Positions 51,546-62,470 of a stretch of 64,000 nt of DNA are shown in pieces. A program made the translations under genes and the position numbers. The notes beneath the pieces were generated by a model, which did not search any database, was not told the origin of the DNA, and saw only the letters and a list, made by a program, of their open reading frames with translations. Source of the stretch: Chrysemys picta bellii (lineage: Eukaryota); NCBI RefSeq assembly GCF_011386835.1, contig NC_088803.1:11284001-11348000 (forward strand), written 5' to 3'. Numbering within the stretch: position 1 is the stretch's first letter; every line of letters begins with the position of its first letter.

Positions 51546-54500
51546 CGTCTGATTCTGGGGCTGGGAGAACCCGGCCCTGGGGAACCTAGGTCCTGCAGGA
51601 CAACTCCATTGGGAGGGAACTTGCAGCAGGGAGAAGTAGAGCTCCGCATGGGAACACAAGTGACACAAGCAGTACATTGATAGAAATACAACCCCCCCCC
51701 GCAGAAGAGTAACCCTAATAAATGAGCGTACCCCAAAGTAATGGGCAAAGCTGGTAACACCCACTTCCTGCCTCATCCCCTGTAGCTGGAGCCCCATGGA
51801 CCCTGCTCCCCATTCCCCCCCCATGACTGGGATGCCCCTTCTGGAAGGGTCCCAGGGGGGGAACCATCCAATGGGGAGACAATCCAATGGAAGGGCCCAT
51901 ATCCCACTCCACTCTAGCATGGGCCCTTCCAGCTGATGACCCCAAGGTCCCTCAATGGCATCATCCAACTGGCAGACCATGCAATGGAATGGCCCATCTT
52001 CCCAGCCCCTTACCTCCAATGACAGGCACGTGGAGGTTCTCCGTGCGGGAGACCACCATGGGAATGTCACATGGCAGCAAGATGATGGGGTCGAAGAAGG
52101 TGGAGTGGGGGGCGGCCACCAGGATCGGGGCCTCCAAGCGTGATGCCCGCTGCCCCCGCACCCGGATCCGCATGAAGCCGAGGAGGAAGAACATCAGGCG
52201 GCTCAGGAGGTAAACGGAGCTGTGGGAGACGGAGCTGAAACGGGATAGATGGAGACGGTGGACGTGGGAGGAGCCCAGGGCTGGGATAGCAGGGCCTGTG
52301 GGTCGGGACTGAGGGGCATTGGCAAAGCTGGGGAGGGGGAGCCCAAGGCTGGGCTAGCAGGGGGCTGCAGGTCAGGATAGAGGGGCACCAGCGAGCTATA
52401 GGGGGTGGGGAGGTCTCTTACCTCCTCCAGTCCGTGAGCGGCTCTTTCAGCTCTTCCTCAGACCGGTGCAGCACCTGGAGCAGCGCGAAGGGCCAGATGA
52501 GGAAGAGGACAATGAAGGCCAGGGCAACACGGAGCGGGGCCAACACCATCCCCAGTAGGTAGAACTGTGAAGCAACGGGAGAGACGTCAACCCCCCAACG
52601 CTGACTGCCCGGGCCCCTCCGGGCAGCGTGGGTCACAGGATCCCCTCAGGTCAGCATTGTAGGACTTATCTCCACCAGCAGGGGGCAGCAGGGTCCCACA
52701 CTCACACACATACACACAGAGTTCACCCAGCCTGGCAGGTTTTCCTGGGCCTGGCCTCATTGAAAGGATCACAGCCCAAGGACTCCCCATAACACAACAC
52801 ACAGAGCATCGTCTCCTTAGTGGGTACTGTCCTGGGGCTGACGCCCACAGGGCAGAGAAGGGGAGCCCCAGGGAGGTGTTACAGGCCCAGGATGGCTGCA
52901 TATAAATATGCAAGCAAGAGTGAGTCAGGCTAGAGATAACAATGTTAGTTCAATCAGGGAGGTGTGAACACCAAGGGAGGAGAAACTGCTTCTGTAGTTG
53001 GATAGCCATTCACAGTCTTTGTTTAATCCTGAGCTGATGATGTCAAATTTGCAGATGAACTAAAGCTCAGCAGTTTCTCTTCAAAGTCTGGTCCTGAAGT
53101 TTTTTTTCTGCAGGATGGCTACCTTTAAATCTGCTATAGTGTGTCCAGGAAGGTTGAAGTGTTCTCCTACAGGTTTTTGTATATTGCCATTCCTAATATC
53201 TGATTTGTGTCCATTTATCCTTTTACATAGGGACTGTTCAGTTTGGCCAATGTACATAGCAGAGGGGCATTGCTGGCATATGATGGTGTATATTACATTG
53301 GTGGACATGCAGGTGAATGAACCGGTGATGGTGTGGCTGATCTGGTTAGATCCTGTGATGGTGTCGCTGGTGTAGATATGTGGGCAGAGTTGGCATCGAG
53401 GTTTGTTGCATGGATTGGTTCCTGAGTTAGAGTTTTCAGAATGCTTGTTGAAGATTTTGTAAATGAATGCTTCACCAAGCATTCTCAAAACTACGATACC
53501 CGCATGAGGAAATAAGGAAACAGATCAACAGAGCCAGACATGTACCCAGAAGCCTCCTACTGCAAGACAAGCCCAAGAAAAAAACCAACAGAACTCCACT
53601 GGCCATCACATACAGTCCTCAGCTAAAACCTCTCCAACGCATCATCAGAGATCTACAACCCATCCTGGACAATGATCCCTCACTTTCACAGACCTTGGGT
53701 GGCAGGCCAGTCCTCACCCACAGACAACCCGCCAACCTGAAGCATATTCTCACAATAACTACACACCGCACCATAGTAACTCTAGCCATCCTGCAGCAAA
53801 AAAACTTCAAAGAGAAACTGCGGAGCTTCAGTTCATCTGCAATTTTGACACCATCAGCTCAGGATTAAACGAAGACTGTGAATGGCTAGCCAACTACAAA
53901 AGCAGTTTCTCCTCCCTTGGTGTTCACACCTCAACTGCTAGAAGAGGGCCTCATCCTCCCTGATTGAACTAACCTTGTTATCTTTAGCCGGACTCACTCT
54001 TGCTTGCATATTTATACCTGCCTCTGGAAATTTCTACTACATGCATCCGACGAAGTGGGTATTCACCCACGAAAGCTTATGCTCCAATACATCTGTTAGT
54101 CTATAAGATGCCACAGGACTCTTTGCTGCTTTTACAGATCCAGACTAATACGGCTACCCCTCTGATACTTGATTAATAATTCAAGAAGCTTACATCAGTA
54201 CTTTGCTAATTCAGGGCCTGTACTAATCATCATCATAAATATTATAAATATAGAAATTCTCGGCTATCATTAGATCAACCTCCAATTCACACAAAACTTT
54301 ATTAGCATTAATAATCATAAAACAATAGATGTTGTCAATACAACCTACTCTGGGGTACTTGCTGTGTATTTTATGTTGTTATAACTTTTCATTTTTTATA
54401 GTCAGAACTGCCTTAAACTACCTTAAATGATGGCACAGAGGGAAACTGAGGCACCAAAGGATACATTTTTAAGGGCTCCGAAATCTCATCCTTGTTCCTA

Positions 54501-57500
54501 ACTTTATATACTTTGACTACATCTTTGCAGCACTGAGCTTTCATAATTAATAATAATAGTCCATTTCTATAGAGAAACTTCATAATTTGATCTAGACAAC
54601 CCTAGCGGTTGTTGAATTAAATGATTAATAATAATAATTACAACTGGAAGAATTAGGGATTTGGGCGTCTGTTTGGGAAAAGTAATATATGGAGATATAC
54701 CTATCTCCTAGAACTGGAAGGGACCCTGAAAGGTCATTAAGTCCAGCCCCCTGCCTTCACTAGCAGGACTAAGTACCGATTTTGCCCCAGATCCCTAAGT
54801 GGGCCCCCTCAAGGATTGAACTCACAACGCTTGGTTTAGCAGGCCAATGCTCAAACCACTAAGCTATCCCCTCCAATCTGTAACATGTTTCGGTTGGACC
54901 AAAAATGACAATTTTTTTTTTTGAGGGTTGAACGACCCATTTTGTTTATATTTTGACCATGGTTAAACACTTTTGGCTCTTTTCTAAAATAAAAATAAAA
55001 TCAAAACAAGAAACTAAAATGAAAGGACTTTTTGAAGCGAGACCCAGAAAATCAAAACATTGTGTTTCAAAAATGTCAGCATGAACCAACTTGATTTTTA
55101 TTTGTTTGGTTTGTGTGTTGCTGTAACAAACAATTCAGTCAAATTGACATGAATCCACTAAATATTTCAGTGTTATTTTTCACTGGAACAAAGAGTCAGC
55201 TGAAAACCCAACTCTAATACTAATTAATAAACTCAGCATCATTGTGGCCAGTCCCATCTGACACAACATGAAGTACTAATGTTCGTAATAAAGATAAATA
55301 TTATGAGTTCAATTTCATCAGAATAGGAAATAGTTAATGTACTTTGACTCCAAAAGGAAATATTTGTTTTTAAGGATAATTGTCCTTAATACACAAACTC
55401 CAGGATATGACCCATTTGATTCCTGAAGATGCATGACTAATTAGCACCAAGAATAATTAGTATGATTAACTTTAAGGTTGATTCTCCGCCCTTGATCTAA
55501 ACCAAAACAAAATGAAATAAGATTCATAATCAAGCTATTGATTAGTAACACTCCAAGGTGTGGGCTGTTCAGTTTGTCTGTCTGCAAAACTAACAAATTA
55601 ATACGCTAATAGCTAATAATAATAATAATAATATGCAAAGTTAAACAGTTATTAATACTAGAGGATTCTCAGAATAGGAGACAGTCTATGCCAGCTAATG
55701 GCAAATGGAAATTATATTAATATCAAGGCCAATAATTATGACTAGAGACACTCCAGGATTTGCCGTATTCCAACTCAGTGGACGCAAAAGTAAATGCTTA
55801 ATTCTGCCCGCACCAACGCACGAGCTGAACGTTACTAGCAGCCATAAAGGTGAGCCTGTGGCCAAGCGTTTGCAGCCTGGCAGTGGAAATGAACACTGGT
55901 AATAGTAACGATAAATCATTGTATTCCAGAAAGTGGGCAGCCCATGCCCATCAACAGGACGAGTCATCCTAGCACGGGGTTGGGAGATGGGTTAGGGAGA
56001 GGTTAATAACTCTGGGGCGATTTTACCCGGTCAACTCCCAAAGATGCCACGCAAATGAATAAGACTCAGTAATGCCCCAACCCTCCCTCTCTGTCATTAA
56101 TAGCAGCCCGGTGAGACATGCCAGACCAGCTGAAGCCCAATGGCAATAATAAGAATATTAAGGTTAATAATGATTAGTGCAGAAACCCGAGTCATTAGAT
56201 AAGAACCATTGACTCTGAGCTCATTGGGACAGAGATCGTCCACGACCAGGGCTATTAGGTGCTACCGTAATGCGCCTAATAAATAATGTACCGTGCCTGG
56301 TGTCCTGGGCCACAACTGGGGTTTCTAGATGCTACCATGATACACCTAATAAATAACATACAGTGTCTGGTGTCCTGGGCTACAAATGGCGTTCTTAGAT
56401 GCTACCGTGATACACCTAATAAATAATGTATAGTGCCTGGTGTCCTGGACCATGACTGGGGTTCCTAGGTGCTACTGTGATATCCCTAATAAATAACATA
56501 CAGTGCGTGACGTCCTGGGCCACAGCTGGGGTTCCTAGGTGCTACCATGATACACCTAATAAATAACATACAGTGCCTGGCATCCTGGGCCACGACTGGG
56601 GTTCCTAGGTTCTACCATAAAACACCTAATAAATAACATACAGTGCCTGGCATCCTGGGCCACGACTGGGGTTCCTAGGTGCTACCATTATGCACCTAAT
56701 AAATAATGTACGGTACCTGGCGTCCTGGGCCATGACTGGGGTTCTTAGATGCTACTGTAATCCACCTAATAAAAAATGTACAGCACCTGGTATCCTGGGC
56801 CACGACTGGGGTTCCTAGGTGTTACAGTAATGCACCTAATAAATAACGTACGGTGCCTGGCGTCTTGGGACACAATTGGAGTTCCTAGGTGCTACCGTGA
56901 TACACCTAATAAATAACGTACAGTGCGTGGCATCCTGGGCCACGACTGGAGTGCCTAGCTACTACCGTAAAACACCTAATAAATAACAGACGGCATCTAA
57001 CACAATGAGGTACTGGGCCATGAATGGGGTGCCTAGTCGCTACCATAATACACCTAATAAAAAATGTACAGCACCTAGTGTAATGAGGTCTTGATCCATG
57101 ACTGGGGTTCCTAGGCGCTACCGTAATACACCTAATAAACAATGTACAGAGTCGGACACAATAGAGTCCTGGGCCATGACTGAGTCTGACAGTGCTACCA
57201 TAATACACCTAATAAATAATAATAATTCATGTCACCCCAAGAGACGCAAACCAAATGAATAAGTATCAATATTACCAGGGCAGAATCTTTAGCATCAATG
57301 TCAGATGATGTAAAATGAAACAGCAATACGAATAAGAGAAATAATGACTATTAACAGGGATTTTACACAGTGGGATCCTAGATGACCCCAAATGGAAATA
57401 ATTGGTGTATTAAGGCTAATTCACCATTAATAGGGGATCTCTAGGATTTGACTTAGCCCCTGTGGGTACTAAATCAAGGATTAGCCCTCAATATTATGTG

Positions 57501-59848
57501 AGCAGAGTTTTGCTACCCAAGTCTGCAAAAAATGAACTAATAGTATGAATACTAACCCTATTTATTAATAATGGGAATTTCCCAGCTAATGGCAAATGGA
57601 AATAATCTGTTTATTAGGGCTAAGAATAGGGAAACTCCATAATTTCTTAATATGGAAACTCTAGGATTTGACTTGCTCCCAATGGCTGCAAATTAAAGCA
57701 ATGATACAATTAATGACTGTATTAATCTCTACGATTAATAGAGATTTTTGGCTGTCAGTCGCAGCTAGCACCCTGGGAATCCTGGAAAGATTGAAGCGGT
57801 TTGCTTCAAAACTGTCAAAATTAGTACATTTGATTTTTTTATTTATTTCTAAAATATTTTTTCTGGAATAATATTAATATGTTGCTCATAATAATCTATA
57901 AAAAGAACAGGAGTACTTGTGGCACTTTAGAGACTAACAAATTTATTAGAGCATAAGCTTTCGTGGACTACAGCCCACTTCTGCATCCGATGAAGTGGGT
58001 TTTAGCCCCCGAAAGCTTATGCTCTAATAAATTTGTTAGTCTCTAAGGTGCCACAAGTACTCCTGTTCTTTTTGCGGATACAGGCTAACACGGCTGCTAC
58101 TCTGAAACCTGTCATAATAATCTATGGTTATTGCTAATAGGGATTCTCTGGAATGGGAGCCAGCTACTCCCAGCAGATATAATCCAGGCTCCCATAGCAC
58201 CTAAACCACTTAGGCCCCATAGCAACACTCCCAGACCTATATATTACGGCTACTAATTAGGAATGCAGCATCCCTGGCATGTGCTTCTCCACATCCCCCC
58301 TGAAGGACCCCCCTCAAGTTCTGACCTGTAGTAACCCTGGAGCAGAGGACCTGTTAGGGCAGAGCAAGCCCTCTCCAGCAGGGGAAGGGAGGGTACTACA
58401 AGGAGGGTTGTGAGGGGGGACAGAGGGAGGATATGGGGAGTTAGGAGGCGGAAATGGAGAGTCTGAGCATGGAGCTAGATTGATAAANNNNNNNNNNNNN
58501 NNNNNNNNNNNNNNNNNNNNNNNNNNNNNNNNNNNNNNNNNNNNNNNNNNNNNNNNNNNNNNNNNNNNNNNNNNNNNNNNNNNNNNNNNNNNNNNNNNNN
58601 NNNNNNNNNNNNNNNNNNNNNNNNNNNNNNNNNNNNNNNNNNNNNNNNNNNNNNNNNNNNNNNNNGATGGCTGGATTAATATGAAATAATACAATACTAG
58701 TGACAGTAAAATAATGAAGCAAACCAGACAGCTGCTCAGCTGGTCCAGACTGGTCCCTGGACCCAGGTGCAGGGAGGGCCCATTGACACACACACACACA
58801 GACACACACACAGAGATAGACACACACACACACACACCGCGGGGATCTGGCCCTCAGCGCACTGGCTGGAGACACTAGGCCCCTAAGCCAAAGATGCCAA
58901 ACCCTCCAGCAGAACTGATACATACAGATACTAATGCCATATAAGGGACCATTGTACAGCCTGTGGGAACATACTCCCAGCGCTGGGGCTGTGTGCGGGG
59001 GGGAACCCAGGGCTGGGATCCCAGGGAGCTGTGGGTCAGGAGTGAGGGGCACGGGCAGGGCTAGGGGGGAGTTTGCCCTGGGTAGAGTCTCTAGAGAAAC
59101 AGGATGTAAGTAAATAAGGGGAAAACGAAACAGAAAGGGAAATGGAAGCAGATGCCCGGCTCCTCCCGCGCTGCGCTGGGCCCGGCTGGGGCTAAAAACC
59201 AGCCAGGGAGGCTGCCGCATCCGCACCCCCGAGAATGGGGAGGGGAGACCCCAGCGCATTGCAGGGGAGGGGGCTCCCAGCACCCGGTGCCCACCAGACA
59301 CCGCAACACTCTCCCCCCCCCCCGACACTGGGATGCCCCCAATACACCTCCATCGCCTCCCATCCCCCCCAGACACTGGGATGCCCCCAATACACCTCCA
59401 TCGCCTCCCATCCCCCCCAGACACTGGGATGCCCCCAATACACCTCCATCGCCTCCCATCCCCCCCAGACACTGGGATGCCCCCAATACACCTCCATCGC
59501 CTCCCATCCCCCCCAGACACTGGGATGCCCCCAATACACCTCCATCGCCTCCCATCCCCCCCAGACACTGGGATGCCCCCAATACACCTCCATCGCCTCC
59601 CATCCCCCCCCCCAGACACTGGGATGCCCCCAATACACCTCCATCCCCTCCCATCCCCCCACGGAGCCTGGGAGCCCCCCAATACACCCCCATCCCCAAA
59701 CCCCACCCCCAACACAGACACCCCCCAAACACCCCAGCCCCACCTCCCTCCCCCTCACCTTGGCTCTCTGCGCCCCCGTCAGCCGCAGCTCGTGGACGAA
59801 GGGGTTGGGGGCGCCCCCCCCGTCCCGGCCCCGGCTGCCCCCCTCCAT
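44822..59848 (-). CDS. LPCAT4: Lysophosphatidylcholine acyltransferase 4 / LPEAT2 (501 aa)
   Basis: 14 exons: 59848-59759, 52564-52422, 52234-52014, 49514-49402, 49296-49236, 48300-48242, 48159-48125, 47838-47784, 47673-47591, 46910-46785, 46609-46486, 46091-45993, 45562-45406, 44961-44822 (1506 nt, frame intact). Contains NPFVHEL, catalytic HxxxxD (HSTFFD), [18 protein letters not shown] and a C-terminal KxKxx (KSKAD). Confidence 0.96.
46184..46417. repeat. Nine copies of the near-palindrome GGGGCAATTCCCC in LPCAT4 intron 11
   Basis: Copies at about 46184, 46209, 46229, 46254, 46284, 46337, 46357, 46384 and 46406. Confidence 0.75.
47930..48085 (+). repeat. Tandem repeat (40-52 nt) carrying the CTCF-consensus motif CCAGCAGGGGGCAG
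   Basis: Exact motif at 47930, 47970 and 48020; a one-mismatch copy at 48072. Confidence 0.75.
50316..50622. mobile_element. hAT MITE
   Basis: TIR CAGGGGTAGGCAACC / GGTTGCCAACCCCTG; TSD GTCTAACC / GTCTAGCC. Confidence 0.85.
50898..50942. repeat. (CT)n microsatellite
   Basis: About 22 CT units. Confidence 0.95.
51490..51544. repeat. (TG)n microsatellite
   Basis: About 27 TG units. Confidence 0.95.
52901..54170. mobile_element. Penelope-like element remnant with inverted arms (GIY-YIG endonuclease and RT thumb)
   Basis: - arm ~53434-52901 encodes [12 protein letters not shown]...[20 protein letters not shown]...[24 protein letters not shown] (GIY-YIG). + arm ~53465-54170 encodes [26 protein letters not shown]...HRQPANLK, then the 3' end and pseudo-LTR tail. 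Confidence 0.9.
54043..54082 (+). ncRNA. Minimal type I hammerhead-ribozyme-like motif (variant core) in the Penelope tail
   Basis: GCAT-CCGACGA-A-GTGGGT(ATTC)ACCCAC-GAAA-GC-TT-ATGC: stem I GCAT/ATGC, 6-bp stem II, GAAA, palindromic AAGCTT stem III. Activity not shown. Confidence 0.55.
54685..54874 (-). mobile_element. Tortoise polIII-type SINE
   Basis: - strand head GGAGGGGATAGCTTAGTGGTTTGAGCATTGGCCTGCTAAACC; body shared with the 15418-15608 copy. Confidence 0.8.
56250..57220. repeat. Minisatellite: 11 copies of an exact 70-nt period, then 3 copies of ~78 nt
   Basis: CCTAATAAA at 56275, 56345, 56415 ... 56975 (step 70), then 57053, 57131 and 57208. Confidence 0.95.
57900..58110. mobile_element. 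Palindromic Penelope-end element (82-bp inverted arms, 10-nt loop) plus tail
   Basis: Arms 57900-57981 and 57992-58073 with ~5 mismatches; same GAAGTGGG...GAAAGCTTATGCTC...GTTAGTCT..AAG.TGCCAC core as 54052-54115. Confidence 0.85.
58488..58665. other. Assembly gap (178 N)
   Basis: Run of N inside LPCAT4 intron 1. Confidence 1.
59324..59660. repeat. 48-nt minisatellite, 7 copies, start of LPCAT4 intron 1
   Basis: GACACTGGGATG at 59324, 59372, 59420, 59468, 59516, 59564 and 59615. Confidence 0.95.
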
Positions 59849-60029
59849 CGCCGCCCCCCCACGCCCCCTCCGGGCTGGGAGCTGTGACTGCCGCCGGAGC
59901 CAGGGCCTAAGTGATGGGGGGGACGGACAGACGGACAAGGGGAGGCGGGACCAGGGCGTGGTGTCCCCGGCACAAGGGGCTGGGCTACGGGCTGGGTTGG
60001 GCAGCATCTCACTCCTACACCGCTCCGTC

Positions 60030-60820
60030 CAGCCCCCTGTCTGTCTGTCCATCCATCCCCGTGTGTGTCTACCTGTCCGTCCATCCATCCGTGCCTCTGC
60101 CCCTCCAGCCCCCCTGTCTGTCCCTCCAGCCTCCAGTCTGTCCATCCAGTCCCCTGGCAGCCTTTCCGTCCATCCATCCCCCTGTTTGTCCCTCCAGACC
60201 CCCGTCTGTTCCTCCAGCCCCCCTGTCTGCCTGTCCGTCCCTCCAGCCCCCAGTCTGTCCCTCCAGCCCCCCTGTCTGCCTGTCTGTCCATCCATCCCTG
60301 TGTGTGTTCCTGTGTCTGTCCATCCATCCCTGTGTGTGTCTGCCTGTCTGTCCGTCCATCCATCCCTGCCTCTGCCCCCCAGCGCCCCGTCTTTCCATCC
60401 ATCCCCCTGTCTGTCCCTCCAGCCCCCTGTCTGCCTGTCCGTCCATCCAGCCCTGTGTGTGTCCCTGTGTGTGTTCATCCAGCCCCCTATCTGCCTGTCT
60501 GTCCATGACCGTCCATCCATCCCTGCCTCTGCCTCTCCACCCCCCCCCCCCCGCATGTGTCCATCCATCCCTGTGTGTCCCTCCAGCCCCCTGTCTGTCC
60601 ATCCGTTCCTATGTGTGTCCCTGTGTCTGTCCATCCAGCCTCCAGTCTGTCCATCCAGCCCCCTGTCTGCCTGTCTGTCCGTCCATCCCTGTGTCTTTCC
60701 CTGTATCTGTTCCTCCAGACCCACCATCTGTCTGCCTGTTTGTCCGTCCATCCACCCGCCCATCTGTCTGTTCGTCCCTGTGTCTGTCCATCCAGTCCCC
60801 AGTCTGTCTGTCCATCTGGA
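60030..60820. repeat. Degenerate tetranucleotide low-complexity tract (TCTG/TCCA/TGTG) upstream of LPCAT4
   Basis: Mosaic of CTGTCTGTCCATCCATCC and CCTCCAGCCCCC units. Confidence 0.85.
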
Positions 60821-61074
60821 GCAAGGGGCGAGACCCGGAGAGTCTATTTTTATCCCTCCCCTCCTCCCGCACTCGCTCTTCCCCTCCCTGCCTCTCTCCT
60901 TCTCCTGCCTCCAGCCCCCCCCATCCCTGCGGGTGCCCCTCACTCCCCACCCCCAGCCTCCTGCTAGCCCAGCCCTGGGCCCCAAACTCTGCCGGTGCCC
61001 CTGACTCCCGACCCGCAGCCCCCTGCTATCCCAGCCCTGCCCCCACCTTCCACAGCTCTGCGGATGCCCCTCCC

Positions 61075-62470
61075 AGAGCTGGGGATAGAACCCAGGAGAC
61101 CTCCCCCACCCCCACCCCTGCTCTAACCACTAGCCCCCCACTTTCCTTCCAGAGCTAGGGATGGGACCCAGGAGTCCTGAGTGGGGTTTAGTGAAGGGGG
61201 CTGAGGGTCAGGACTCCGGGGTTCTCCCTTGGGCCCTGGGAGTGGAGTGTGGTCTAGTGATCAGATCACAGTGCTTCCCCCCCAGCTTCCCCAGTGGCAT
61301 CCAGTGGTGCTTGGAGAGCATCTGTTGCCCCAGGGGCCTGTGATGTCACAAACTCTGTCTTGATCCCAAACTGGTTTATCTGGTTGATCTGGTCTGCTCA
61401 GAATAAACACCCCTCCAACCCCCCCTCCCCCGTGGGTCTCTCCATGCAGCCCCAACCTTCCAGCCAGCCCTAAAGAGAGAGCACCCCTCTGTGAGTGGGT
61501 AGATTTTCTCCCCTATTACATGTGGGGAAACTGAGGCACAGAGTGGGCTGGACCAGGGTGACCCCGTGAGTCAGGGTCAGAGTTAAGAGTAGAACCCAGG
61601 AGTCCCGGCTCCCAGCCCACCCTGCACTAACCACTAGACCCCACCCCCTCCAGGAAGCAGGTTTGGATGGTTACAATTCTAACAAGCACCCACCAGCTGA
61701 TTGACCCCAGCTGGGTGTTTGCTGGTGTCCCTAGCTGTGCTCTTCACCCCCCCAACCCCCATGTGCAGGGTGAGAGGCGGGTGGTATCTGAGCAGAGGCC
61801 CCATGCTGGGACGTCCTTGGTTCCTGGCTGGGCTGGATTCTGGGGCCAGGCACACTCTGCTCTGTCTTTATCTTGGCCTGATTATATTTAGCTGGAAGCT
61901 GTGCTGGGAACAGGTGCATGGCACTGAGGCTAGGGGAGGTTTACACGGCGGGCAGGGAGGGGGAATTATTATGCAGCCGTCGCCAGCCTGGGGTGAAAAC
62001 CAGATCTTGGAAAGTCCTGGGAACGTGCACCCTGCACACGGCCCAGGCTGGAGTCATTCAGTATCCTCTGTAGGACCTGGAACCTGGCTCCCCACCCCCC
62101 GCTCTAACCCTTCAGACCCCATTGCCTTCCCAGAGTTGGGATAGAACCCAGGAGTCCTGACTCCTAGTGCCCCTGCTCTAACCCACCAGGCCCCATTGCC
62201 CTTCCAGAGTTGGGATAGAATCCAGGAGTCCTGCCTCCCAGCACCCCTGCTCTAACCACTAGACCCCACTCCCCTCACAGAGCTGGGATAGAACCCCGGA
62301 GTTCTGGATCCCAGTCCCGTCCCTGCTGCTCTAACCACTAGACCCCACACCTCCCCCAGAGCTGGGAACAGAACCCAGGAGTTCTGACCCCAGCAGCCCC
62401 TTCTGTAACCCACCAGACCCAGCTGCCCTCCCAGTCCTGTGGATAGAGCCCAGGCGTCCTGGTTCAAATC
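61075..62470. mobile_element. Clusters of tRNA-derived SINE-like units
   Basis: Repeated GATAGAACCCAGGAGTCCTG...CTCTAACCACTAGACCCCAC at ~61080-61260, ~61590-61650 and ~62090-62470. Confidence 0.55.

Noticed and set aside
51458-52070. ORFs ending in (TH)n, resembling His-rich metal-binding proteins
   Set aside because: Translation of the (TG/CA)n microsatellite.
52901-54170. Autonomous, intact Penelope element
   Set aside because: The RT core is absent, the arms are inverted and there is an internal deletion; it is a remnant.
56250-57220. CRISPR-like regular array (also 16015-16880 and 59324-59660)
   Set aside because: Units are contiguous with no unique spacers, there are no cas genes, and the context is a vertebrate intron.
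58441-61158. Very long ORFs (597, 589, 426, 415 aa)
   Set aside because: They run through a 48-nt (3n) minisatellite, a stop-poor tetranucleotide tract and an N gap; the only real coding part is LPCAT4 exon 1 (59848-59759).
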